Shown piece by piece: positions 1 through 11,366 of a DNA stretch of 64,000 bases. The translations under genes and the position numbers were made by a program. The notes below the pieces were generated by a model. That model had not been told where the DNA came from, ran no database searches, and saw nothing but the letters and a program-made list of their open reading frames with translations. Location: contig RHPI01001553.1 in the NCBI GenBank assembly GCA_009103225.1, positions 45,047 to 109,046 on the forward strand, read 5' to 3'. This stretch comes from Chlorokybus atmophyticus. Lineage: Eukaryota > Plantae > Mesostigma and Chlorokybus algae. Within the stretch, counting starts at the first letter, position 1; the number at the start of each line of letters is the position of its first letter.

Positions 1-1269
1 ATGCCCTTCGGACTGAAGAACGCTCCGGCCAAGTTCCAGCGCGTCATGGACAAAGCCCTCAAGGGGTTGGACTTCGCGCGCTGCTACATCGACGACATCC
101 TCATCTTCAGTCACAGCAATGAGGAGCATCTCCAGCACATCGAAGAGGTGCTACAGAGGCTGAAGGAAGTCGGGATGACGGTGCACCCTGACAAGTGCAC
201 CTTCTTCACCCACAAGGTACCCTACCTAGGACATATGATTGTGCCCCATGGTGTGTATGTACAGCAGGCCAAAGTGGAAGCACTGGTGGCTATCCCTGCC
301 CCCACAGACCTCACGCGACTGCGGGCCTTCCTCGGCCTTGCCAACTATTACCGACGGTTTGTCAAAGACTTTGCCAAGATCGCAAGGCCTCTCAACGAAC
401 TACTGAAGAAGGACACCGAGTTCGTGTGGAAGAAGGCACAACAGGAGGCCTTTCAGGAACTGAAGCTCCGCCTTACCACAGCTCCCATTCTGCAACGCCC
501 TGACTACACCAGGTCGTTCATCCTGCACACAGACTGGAGCAAGCTTGGCATGGGGGCCGTGCTCGTACAGCATGACAACAACAAGAAGGAGCGCGTAGTG
601 TCGTACGCCAGCCGCAGCAACAACAGTGCTGAGGCCAACTACAGCAGCTACGAAGGGGAGTGTCTCGCCGCAGTGTGGGCCATCTCCTTCTTCCGACCCT
701 TTCTGTTTGGACGGCAGTTCCAACTGGTCACTGACCATCAACCCCTCAAGTGGCTAATGAACAACCAGCACTTGACAGGAAAGTTAGCACGATGGGCGCT
801 GCTGCTCCAGGAGTACGACTTCGAGGTGGAACACCGCGCAGGCCTTGCCAACCAGGATGCGGATGGCCTCAGCCGTAACCCCCACCTCAGCACCAACGAC
901 GCCACAGGCGCCCGACATGAGTTGGGTCCTACAGCTGCACCTGCAGGTGTGGCCACCATGTTCGCTGTCGCTGCGCTACGCTCAGGACGCAGGACTCAGA
1001 TCGCTGAGGCAGCAGCAGACGGGGACATGCCCGCTCTCGAGCCCGCCATCACCACCACCGATCCTTTATCAGAAGAAGCAATCGCTGCCGACCCTGGGGT
1101 GGATGATGAGGAGCTGGCACCCACCGACACACGACAAGACATCTGGCTGGACGAGCCATCGCTCGCACTGCTTCAGACTGGACAACTTCCAGTAGGCATG
1201 AGCGCACGCGAGAAGGACCGCGTCCGGCAACGCACTCAGCGTTACCGCTGGGCCAACGACAGGTTGTAA
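1..1269 (+). CDS. Ty3/Gypsy pol, partial: reverse transcriptase C-half, RNase H and linker
   Basis: MPFGLKNAPAKFQRVMD, YIDDILIFS (YxDD), FLGLANYYRRFV, RNase H motifs HTDWS, YEGECLA, TDHQPL and ADGLSR. Runs off the window start. The frame shifts at about 1265-1283 into the integrase ORF. Confidence 0.97.
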   Translation: MPFGLKNAPAKFQRVMDKALKGLDFARCYIDDILIFSHSNEEHLQHIEEVLQRLKEVGMTVHPDKCTFFTHKVPYLGHMIVPHGVYVQQAKVEALVAIPAPTDLTRLRAFLGLANYYRRFVKDFAKIARPLNELLKKDTEFVWKKAQQEAFQELKLRLTTAPILQRPDYTRSFILHTDWSKLGMGAVLVQHDNNKKERVVSYASRSNNSAEANYSSYEGECLAAVWAISFFRPFLFGRQFQLVTDHQPLKWLMNNQHLTGKLARWALLLQEYDFEVEHRAGLANQDADGLSRNPHLSTNDATGARHELGPTAAPAGVATMFAVAALRSGRRTQIAEAAADGDMPALEPAITTTDPLSEEAIAADPGVDDEELAPTDTRQDIWLDEPSLALLQTGQLPVGMSAREKDRVRQRTQRYRWANDRL

Positions 1270-1282
1270 TGACGGATACAAG

Positions 1283-2599
1283 ATGCAGATCAGGAGGTCC
1301 CCACACCAGCTGCACGAAGGCATCATCTCCTCCCTTCACACCGAGCTCGGGCACTTCGGTGTCAAGCGCACGGTTAGCCTGGTCAGGACCCGGTACTGGT
1401 GGTATGGGGTGCACAGACAGGTGCGGGAGTTCGTCAGCAACTGTCAGCAGTGTGACATGGTTCGCGCCAGCCTCAACACGCGCAATGCCACCTTGCATCC
1501 CCTTCCCATCTCCGGGTTGTTCTACCGCTGGGGACTGGACATCCTTGGAGACCTAGCGCCCTCAGCACGAGGCAACCGCTACATCCTCGTTATGATCGAG
1601 CACTTCTCCAAGTGGGTGGAGCTGGTGCCCCTGCCCGACAAGAGCAGTGAGGGAGTAGCCCAGGCTTTCCTCTCCCATGTACTCGGACGTTTCGGCAGCT
1701 GCGCTGAAGTCATCACCGACCAGGGTACGGAGTTCAGAGGAGCCTTCGACAAGCTTATCGACAGGTGCTTCATCAACCATCGTCGCACCTCACGCGACCA
1801 CCCGCAGGCCGACGGCCTCGCCGAACGTACCGTGCAGACCATCAAGAAGGCACTGCGCAAGTACGTCCTTGCCTACGAGAAGAATACCTGGGATGATCAC
1901 CTCCCATGGGTAGCAATGGGCTACCGGCTGTCCAAGCAGGCAGCCCTGCGAGAGTACAGCCCATACTATCTACTGTTCGGAAGGCAGCCACTGCTCCCTT
2001 TCCGCGCACAGCAGGAGGTCGACAGAGTGGTGGACAATCTCGATAACCCCGACGAGATGTTGTATGATCTGACAGTGCGCAGTGCGCTGTTCGAACACAC
2101 AGTCCCCATGGCCTTCAACAACCTGCGCATCGCGCAGCACCGCGACACGCTGCGTTATGAGCGTGTGCGCAGTGGTTTCTACAAGGAGCGGGAGCGCCGC
2201 TTCGAGTCAGGAGACTTCGTCTACCGTATGGCGTCCACACGCGACACCCTCGATACCTCCGTCGGGCGTGCTGTTTACAAGGTATTGAAGGTGCACCCCA
2301 CAGGGGTACTGGACCTGTTGGGACAACGAGGCGAGCGCATGAAGGACAACATGGTCAATTGTGCGCCCTGTCATCTCCCCTACATTGCTGGCTTCACCCA
2401 GATCCAGCACCCGCGTCCGCTGCGCAGCACCCGATGCGAGAAGTGTGGCAGCGCCGACGACGACCCATTGATGATGTTATGCGATGGCTGTAATCAAGGC
2501 ATGCACTGCTACTGCCTTGACCCTCCACTGGACGCAGTACCCTTGTGGGAGTACTGGTGCGATGACTGCCGCATGAACGGTCCCCCACACAGTCGGTAG
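1283..2599 (+). CDS. Ty3/Gypsy integrase with C-terminal PHD finger
   Basis: HHCC zinc finger (H..ELGHFG ... CQQC), core DDE motifs (WGLDILG, ITDQGTEF, DGLAERTVQ), then CEKCGSADDDPLMMLCDGCNQGMHCYCLDPPLDAVPLWEYWCDDC, a C4HC3 PHD pattern. Confidence 0.95.
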   Translation: MQIRRSPHQLHEGIISSLHTELGHFGVKRTVSLVRTRYWWYGVHRQVREFVSNCQQCDMVRASLNTRNATLHPLPISGLFYRWGLDILGDLAPSARGNRYILVMIEHFSKWVELVPLPDKSSEGVAQAFLSHVLGRFGSCAEVITDQGTEFRGAFDKLIDRCFINHRRTSRDHPQADGLAERTVQTIKKALRKYVLAYEKNTWDDHLPWVAMGYRLSKQAALREYSPYYLLFGRQPLLPFRAQQEVDRVVDNLDNPDEMLYDLTVRSALFEHTVPMAFNNLRIAQHRDTLRYERVRSGFYKERERRFESGDFVYRMASTRDTLDTSVGRAVYKVLKVHPTGVLDLLGQRGERMKDNMVNCAPCHLPYIAGFTQIQHPRPLRSTRCEKCGSADDDPLMMLCDGCNQGMHCYCLDPPLDAVPLWEYWCDDCRMNGPPHSR

Positions 2600-3535
2600 G
2601 AACTGAGTTCTGCAGCAGAGGGCTACCCCAGAATCTCAGGGGGGGTGGCTTGTTGACTGTGTGCACTACGACACAGTCTGTACACAAAAGTGGCGAGCAA
2701 CATCGGCTCGTCCACTGCACTAAACACCGCGTAGGCTCATCTTCAAGCCTATGCCCACGATTGGGGGGTTGGCTGTTGCTTGCATGACTCCAATGCAGTG
2801 CACGGCACTAGCATGCGTGCAGCACTAGCACTCCTCTGCAGCCTGTCCGAGACAAGGTTGCCCTCGACCATGACAGGCACGACAGCTGTCATGCCATCTA
2901 CCCTCGCATGCCAGTTCTTCTCAAGCATGCCTACACCCAGCCCCACGCCCGGGCTACCAGCATGAAGACCGCGCGAGCCCCAGCCTACTGCTAGCTACTG
3001 TATCACTCATGTAGCATGTAGCTAGGGCTACTTTATAGACCTGTCTGTAGGGACCGCGCGTAGCTGATCAGTTGCAAGTCTGTTAAGAACACATGTGCTA
3101 TATCAAGTCTTAGGAGATTTCCGAAATAGCATGAGGCCTCGATGTGACCGTTGGCCTAGTGCCCGCGTGGCACTGCACAGTCATGATTTGACATGTATAA
3201 GTAGGAAGTCACGTCACCAGACTGGCTGGTGACACTGTAAGTGAGTACTGTGAGTACTAGAAGTACTAAGAAGTAAAGACTCTGTTTCTAAAGAGCTTGT
3301 GAAGCGATTTGAACTGGAAGCACGCTGCCCCGGTTGCCAAGAATTCCCTTACTGCGTGAGACACGGTGCATGCTCTTGTGCGCTGTGCCTGCCATTGCTG
3401 TGAGCTTGACGGTGGTGTGTTGTTTCAGTAGTCAGGGTGTTGTATCCACGTGTTGCACACTCATTCACCTCACTTAACAGTGTATCATTCTATCCACTCA
3501 TGCAAAGAACTGTGTCCACAGCACTACCTATCGTA

Positions 3536-3775
3536 GTGGCTTGTTGACTGTGTGCACTACGACACAGTCTGTACACAAAGGTGGCGAGCAACATCGGCTC
3601 GTCCACTGCACTAAACACCGCGTAGGCTCATCTTCAAGCCTATGCCCACGATTGGGGGGTTGGCTGTTGCTTGCATGACTCCAATGCAGTGCACGGCACT
3701 AGCATGCGTGCAGCACTGGCACTCCTCTGCAGCCTGTCCGAGACAAGGTTGCCCTCGACCATGACAGGCACGACA
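3536..3775 (+). repeat. Second, truncated copy of the first 240 bp of the Gypsy LTR
   Basis: 3536-3775 matches 2645-2884 (offset 891) with 2 mismatches seen. It abuts the broken pogo transposase. Confidence 0.93.
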
Positions 3776-4463
3776 ACTTCTCGGAGCCGTCGGCATTCAC
3801 ACACAATGCTATTGTGAACCTATCCTTCTCTCTCTTCCCCCCTCTCGCTTCTTCACTTGCAGTGACCAATGTGCGGCGTGGACGAGCCCGGTAGAACACC
3901 CCGCTCTCATCCATGTTGAAGGTGTTGGTAGCGCCGTAGTCTTCAAGAATCTCTGGCAAGTCAGCTTGGGCCATGTCGACCCCTTCTTCATCTGCATCGT
4001 TGGCCTCCCCGTGCAATGGTTTAGCGGAGATGCCATGACGCTTCTTGAACCGATTCACCCACCCGTGTGATGCATTGAAGTCCTCTATGTTCAACTTGCT
4101 AGCAAAGTCCTTGCCCTTCTCTATCAATATCGCGTCTGTGATGGTGGCATTGCGAGCCCGAGCTTGTACAAACCATGCATACAATGCATCCTCCAACTTG
4201 GGATGTGCTGCAAGCCGCATGCGCTTGGTACTTGCAGCGAAATTACCACCCTGAGCTAGCGTCTCAACTATCTTATCACGGCCAGTCAGCAACTTGGACA
4301 ATGCACTCTGTTTGATATCCAATTTCAACTTAGATTTGACAATAGCAATGAAGTCCGCTTGCCTAATGTTGGTGTTCTCGCACAACTCATTATACAACTC
4401 TAATATGCGCTTCTTGTCCTTGAGAGTGATGTTGCTACGCTTAGCGGGCTGTGGTGCAGACAT
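3776..4463 (-). pseudogene. Truncated pogo/Tc5-type (CENP-B-like HTH + DDE_1) transposase
   Basis: ITLKDKKRIL...QSALSKLL HTH, HPKLEDALYAWF, FNASHGWVNRFKKRHGI, FNMDESG, RFTIALCVNADGSEKL. Cut at about 3776 by the LTR copy, so the rest of the DDE domain is missing. Confidence 0.93.
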
Positions 4464-4974
4464 GATGACCTACAAAACGCACAGAATGGCCTTGGTGTTC
4501 ACGTGAACAATCACAACAATGCACACATACACACGCGCATGTGCACAACACACACCTTAGCACAAGCCCTCCAAAGCTTGAAGCAGCTGTTTCCACCGTC
4601 AAGGCGTCTACTGCTACCTATCTACACCTTTGCCCCCGCCGCCGCCAACCCTCGCGCCGCCGCCGCCGCCGCCGCCGCCGCATGGGGATAACCAGTGCCT
4701 CTGCAACTGACGTGGCGGCTTAAGGCACAGAAGCACTTGCATGGGCACAAGGGCACAAGATCAAGTGCTTGCTTGTGCCCTTGCGCACAGCACTGCTACC
4801 CCCGATAAGAGCATATTACCACTGGGATTTTCATGCGGTAACATTATTCTTATTACGTACAAGACTATTCCACTAAGTGAAGATATTTACCTGTAAAACC
4901 ATTGGTCTTTTCATAATCTATGATCTTAGCGGGGTTATTCCCTTACAGCGAATTCCTTTAACGGGGGTAGACTG
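3776..4974 (-). mobile_element. pogo/Tigger-family DNA transposon, 5' part only
   Basis: On the minus strand the terminus reads TA|CAGTCTACCCCCGTTAAAG (TA at 4975-4976). A subterminal inverted copy CACTGCTACCCCCGATAAG lies at 4791-4809, and the transposase follows. Confidence 0.85.
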
Positions 4975-4983
4975 TACCTCGTA

Positions 4984-5161
4984 ACCGGTACCGGTCGCAC
5001 CAAGTGAAGGGTGCGACTGGTTAATCGACATTCGTTAACCGGTTGCACCTGCGACCAGTTAACAAATATTGGTTAGCCAGTCGCACCTTCTGGTGCGCAG
5101 CATGTGCGACCGGCACATGCTGCGCAGCAAAAGGTGCGACCGGTCACCTTTTGCTGCGCAG
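4984..5161. repeat. Array of GTGCGACYRG motifs forming overlapping perfect hairpins
   Basis: About 6 motif copies in both orientations. Hairpin 5094-5126 has a 14-bp stem and hairpin 5120-5161 a 17-bp stem; both loops contain GACCG. Confidence 0.8.
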
Positions 5162-6287
5162 TAAGATGTTAACACATAAAATGCAACTAGTCACCGTTAT
5201 AACTGCAACACGTACGCGTAGTGTCGTCGGTAGAGTGTGACGTTGGCAGCCTCCGCGCCCGCGTTCGAATTCCGCCGAGAAAGGCATCAGACGGTAATAC
5301 GATCGCAATCGCCGATTTTTCTTTGAATATGGTTGATATTTAGCCATTTAACTACCATCCATAGTTAGGTTCGGTGATAAACCACGTACACGGTACCTCG
5401 TATTACATTGCATCGGACTGCGAGGGTGCCGCGTACCCTGGCGCAGAAACGGCCAGACCAGCGGTGAAAATCGAGGAAATGCGAACCATGATTGGTTATC
5501 GCGGCTTCACGTCAGACTTTAACCCTGGTTCGCGGCTTCCACCGCCCGCTATTGCCCCCTGATGCGGACGTCCGCGCCATACATAGTTATATAAAGTTTT
5601 CCGCGGTGTTTGCATGCCTTGCACAATCATGATCAGGGTTGTGGGCATTCACAGCTTGCTGTTGGGTGAGTGCTTGCAGCACGTAAATCCGCTTTACTTT
5701 GTAAACTTGAACTACACATGAACACTGTGCATGACCGCTGTGTGCACGTTTACATTCATCCTTGGTCAAGGAGCTTGTTGATTGATCACAGCCTCATACC
5801 TAGCTTAAGGGGACCACTCAGTTCGTTTTCCCTTACCAATTTCCTACCTTGCATCCACACCTATCCCCAAACGCACCACAGCATCCCTTTGCCTGGCACA
5901 CGCGCACATCATACCGGGAGTGTCCCCTCCCCTGCGAGACCTATCCCGTAGTCGAGGCTTGCCTGCACGACATAGACAGCAACCACCTACCTGCCTAGCA
6001 CTGGACTCAACTCGACAGTAGCTTCACTAGTACTGTGGCTTCCGCGAAATTTACCTTTGGTCTGGCTTACGCGTCCGGTTAAGGTCACACCTTGTGAACG
6101 ACGCCCACGGCCAGCATGCAGTGGGCAGGTTTGGCAAAGCATAGCTCACGCAGCTTGTGCCGCGCATGGTGCGCATCATTCAGAGTAACAAGTATGGCAC
6201 TGTTAATCGCAACCATGTAACCCCCCCCCTCACTCCATGTCATGGCGAAGCAACCAGGCGGCCCTCGCGCGCAGAAACTGCCGCCCC

Positions 6288-6599
6288 TAGTGTTGGGCAT
6301 CAACCCCAAGTGACCGCTGTTAATGTTAATGGTGGATTGCTTAACGTTAACGCTGGTTAATGATACTCATGTGCTTGAGCGTAGTTCCAGCGTACTGAAC
6401 GTGTCATGCATACACCGCGCATACCGGTACTTGTAGCGTAATTTAGGGTTACTCTTCGCTTCACTAGTGTAGCTTGGACGTAACTCAAGATGTGTGGTAC
6501 GTAGCCGACTATTCGTTAACTTTTGGGGTCACCTGATAACGGTGAACGTTATCCTGTGAACAGGGTAATGGTTAACGGGTTAACGGCTGCCGAACACTA
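6288..6599. mobile_element. Non-autonomous hAT element (MITE), 312 bp
   Basis: TIRs TAGTGTTGGGCA / TGCCGAACACTA (11 of 12 match). Perfect 8-bp TSD GCCGCCCC at 6280-6287 and 6600-6607. Subterminal GTTAAC-type repeats. Confidence 0.92.
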
Positions 6600-7439
6600 G
6601 CCGCCCCTACTACAGCCAATGGGCTGATCAGGTGTGCCGCAGGCTGCGTCACCCTGGACGCTTGGTGGCCACAAACGGCAACGGTTCCCCCAGCAGGACA
6701 GTGTGTCTACCGGGTATTAGACACTGTCTACTAGACTCTGGACAGTGTTTAGTCTGTTTGCCGTTTGCGCAGCTGCAACACTAAACAGCGGTCTAACAGC
6801 TTGGGTGGAGTCAAATGGAGAAGCGCACCAGCACGATGCTCCACTCATTCGGCTGCTAACACTGATTGTCTTCCAAGAACTGCGATGTATAATCCATTTG
6901 CGCTAAGTATCGGTGTGGTAGCAGTCAAAGTGATCGTTAAGAGCAATTGTAGTATGGCAAGCCTTCCAAACCTCGTACCGCAAAATCGCGCGCGGTTTAA
7001 CGATCAACTGACCACATGCCGAGCCCAACAATAGGGCCGGCGGCCGATGGTTAAGCAGCCGTTGCCTTTATAATATTTGCACAAGAATGATTGGCAATGA
7101 TGGGCATTTTGCCGCACGTATGGCGACGGTGGGTTGCACCGTTTACATCAAATTCGTCAAACGCCATTCTCCACCAGATGGCGGTCAAACGACGCGTTTT
7201 TCGTTTAGTTTAAATCTTAACGTTAAGGTGTTTTAGGTTAGCATTATTTTACTGATTAGAACCTATCGGTTACCCACTTGCTTTTGTCATAACATAACGT
7301 GGCAGGAACGTTATCAATAAGCTTTATTAACGCTAGAATGGCGCTAACATCAGGCGGAGAAGTTCGCCGAATGTGTCCAAACATTCAGCAACATTCAGTA
7401 GTATTAATATTGAATTCATAATAATTATGTACATTATGT

Positions 7440-7620
7440 ATAACATATACCATATAGATATGAACATTACATATAGAACTTGCGCTTTTACGATAATATT
7501 GATATCTCTATACAATATATATATATATATGTATATGTATATATTATATCCTTACCGGTCTATACAGTATGGATATGTTTATCAGTACATACATATATAT
7601 ATATATATATGTGTGTGTAC
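7440..7620. repeat. AT-rich degenerate (TA)n low-complexity tract
   Basis: Runs such as TATATATATATATATGTATATG. Confidence 0.8.
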
Positions 7621-7918
7621 AAGAATATATAGTTTTCAAGCAATTGCATGTGGTGGAGATATGCTTTGGACGGCTAAGATTTAATCAGAGTAGATCGAAC
7701 GGCTGGCAGTTGACAGAAGTCGCCCGGCCAATGAGCGGCAGGTAGGCGCGCATACTGCCGCGCAGCCCGGCAGTCGCGGCTGCCGTAATTAATGGGCCAC
7801 TGATGGCCCTTCAACACCTAACACCTGCTAATGCCGGCCGGCCGGCCGGCCGGCCCCCCCCCGCCTAATCAGCCGCACCCCTAGTTGATCAAGCGACCCT
7901 GCTAAGAGCAGTGCTATG

Positions 7919-8076
7919 ATATCTGTGTGGGTAGCTACCCACACAGATATTATGGCTACACAAGGCCATGGCCAAGGCGCGGCATATACGGTGTGACATA
8001 TCTGTGTGGGTAGCTACCCACACAGATATTATGGCTACACAAGGCCATGGCCAAGGCGCGGCATATACGGTATGAC
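7919..8076. repeat. Two tandem 79-bp units, each opening with a perfect 32-bp palindrome
   Basis: ATATCTGTGTGGGTAGCTACCCACACAGATAT at 7919-7950 and 7998-8029. Confidence 0.95.
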
Positions 8077-8439
8077 ATACCTCATGTGTCATGTTTGGGG
8101 CATGCAAGGGAGGCGAGGGAGCCCGCGGCCTGGTGCATGCATCGCTTACTTGCCTTTGCTCATAGTACCGATGACACGTGTAGGCAGCCAGGATGCCGCA
8201 TCTCAAGCACGTATCAGGTATTCCGAGCCACATGGATTCGTGCGTGAGAATGCGGCGGGTTCCCGCCCGCCCACTCGTGTAGCAGGTGGTAGGGACTTCT
8301 TTTTGCCGGCATGTTGTGTCAGCCCGACACTGACAGCAACAGGGCATGTCACGTCAGAGGAGGCGGTCGCCATGTGTCCGACTAGGGGCTAACCCTATAA
8401 TCAACCGTCTATTACAATATACAGTGTAGTAAATGGCAC

Positions 8440-8490
8440 GAGAGACCCTATAGTCTATAGGGTCTCTCTATAGGCTATAGCCTAGAGACC
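8440..8490. repeat. Adjacent palindromes
   Basis: GAGAGACCCTATAG-T-CTATAGGGTCTCTC (14-bp arms, 8440-8468), followed by the palindrome TAGGCTATAGCCTA. Confidence 0.9.
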
Positions 8491-9228
8491 CTAAGCCCGT
8501 TCAGACAGCGTCAGCCGACAGCAGCTTGCGAAGTTCGGGCCAGCTTGCAAAGTTCGGGCCGGCTGACAGTTTTCACATGCACTGCAAAAACTTAACTTGA
8601 CGTACTAACACTTCCGTGGTGGCGCCAGCTCTCACACGCCGACTACTGTACGGACAGGTAGGATTCGGCTTATCAAACTGGGAGCCGCCATACGAAGTTT
8701 TGATTATTAGTGTCCGGTAGCCGTTAGACGAAAGTTAGCAAATAACAATCAAACAATGGATATGACTACCGCGCAGAGGCCCTTGAAGGCCTGCAACGGC
8801 TATACTCCACGACTTCAAACGACAACCTGCCGCGCCCGCGGTGGAAAAACTCATACAAAGTTAACTCGGCAAAGTCCCCAAAGGCCGAATCACACCTGCT
8901 AGTACGGTAGCAGTTAGGCCCTAGCCCTAATTAACGTTACATAACCCTAACGCTAACCCTAACCCTAGTTGATCTGCCGCAAGCAGGAAACGTTGCATCC
9001 CCTGGCTTACGAATACCGCCCCGTTGACAATCCTTGACAATGGAATTAAGTACGTGTAGTTGTAGTGCCGCTCTTGGCACCTGGGAAGTGGAAGGGGGGC
9101 AGGCGGCCGACTACCCTGGCAGCAGAGACAAGCTCTGGCACCACGGCGTGCCGCAGCGGTGGTAGGCGAACAACTGCGGCAGGGCGACCACCTCTTCGGA
9201 TCGGATTAACACTTGCACGGGTGCGAAC

Positions 9229-10208
<980 letters not shown>

Positions 10209-11366
10209 NAACATGTATTGGTGCAGCTCTAGATTTGTAATTGAGTATTGATTGCAAGTAGTCGCAATACCTGCAGCTGCCAGCACTTGCCGTAGCTTTT
10301 CCAGTGGTTGTCTTTGCGTCTCCACAAGTACTCACGGATGTTGCCTTCATATGCCGCGGTCATGCTGTGTCAGAGGTCACCGCTGCTAGTGTCACTGCCG
10401 CAGAGTCTTACAATTACTGTGCAGCAATGCTGACGCACAACTGCGTGCTCGCAGTTCTTATCCCTGTATTATTTGCTTTGGGCCAACATTAACAACATTG
10501 TGGTGGAAGTTGGGACCGTCCACGCTGCGCATGCTTAAGAAGAATTCTCTCACATGCACACAGGCAACTGATTGAAGCTGGCCGCAGTAAGTACTGGTGT
10601 CTTCCATCTGTTCTGCATTCGCTTGACAATCTTGCTGCCAAGTATCGCATGTAGCCGTGCACAGTACTGTGACTAGTCTCCTTCTGCCACCTCATGACAA
10701 CCCATGTGATTGCACATGCAGATGGTGTTTGGTTGTGTGGCAACCCCGGCGATATGTACTATGCCGGCGCCGAGCATGCACATGCATAACCGAAATAGCT
10801 GCTACTTGGGACGACAAACCAAGCCTGCGGCTTGCGTTGGCATGCTTGAGCGCTGTCTGGAGACAGTGTCAGGACAAGGACGAACCAGCAACAGGAGGTT
10901 GCTTGCAAGGTAAGATTGGAAAGAGACAGCCAGTTCCAGCGGTGCACCGCGTGATAGCTTAGTTACACTGCAGTCGTTGGCCTTTCGGATCGGACAGTAC
11001 TCCAATCTTTGCGACGTTTCAGTAATTCATGTATTTGCGTTTACAACAGCATGCTTTGCAGCAATCAATGGGGCAGGCATTTGGTGTAGGTCTATGCGCA
11101 GACGCAAGTGACCCCTAGCTGCTGATTCACCGTGGTAGTCAGTCACTTTCCTCACTGAGTCATCAGATGTCGCTTGCCCAGTGGCTGTTTTCTCGACAGG
11201 TGTTTCACTGCTGCAGCTACGACTAGTGCGAGAGGGCCAGGTGCTGTTTATGCATCACTCGGCGCTGAGAGCGAGCGCACAGCACAGGTAGTACAGATGA
11301 AGCCTACTCTGCACTGCTTACAGGCGCAGGACACAACGAGTTCTGTGCCTTTGTTAGAAGCAACAC

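Larger units (their letters stand above)
1..3479 (+). mobile_element. 3' half of a PHD-integrase Ty3/Gypsy retrotransposon with PPT and 3' LTR
   Basis: pol ORFs, then purine tract AGGGGGGG (2638-2645). The LTR starts at TG at 2646 or 2651. Its end is uncertain: TTAACA at 3479 is the best inverted match to TGTTGA, with alternatives up to about 3520. Confidence 0.8.

Noticed and set aside
7032-7882. hAT-like element with TAGGG...CCCTA ends
   Set aside because: The termini match only loosely and the flanks (CCCAACAA versus GTTGATCA) give no 8-bp TSD.
8940-8968. True or interstitial telomere
   Set aside because: Only about 4 imperfect CCCTAA units. Kept only as part of the 7.9-9.0 kb observation.
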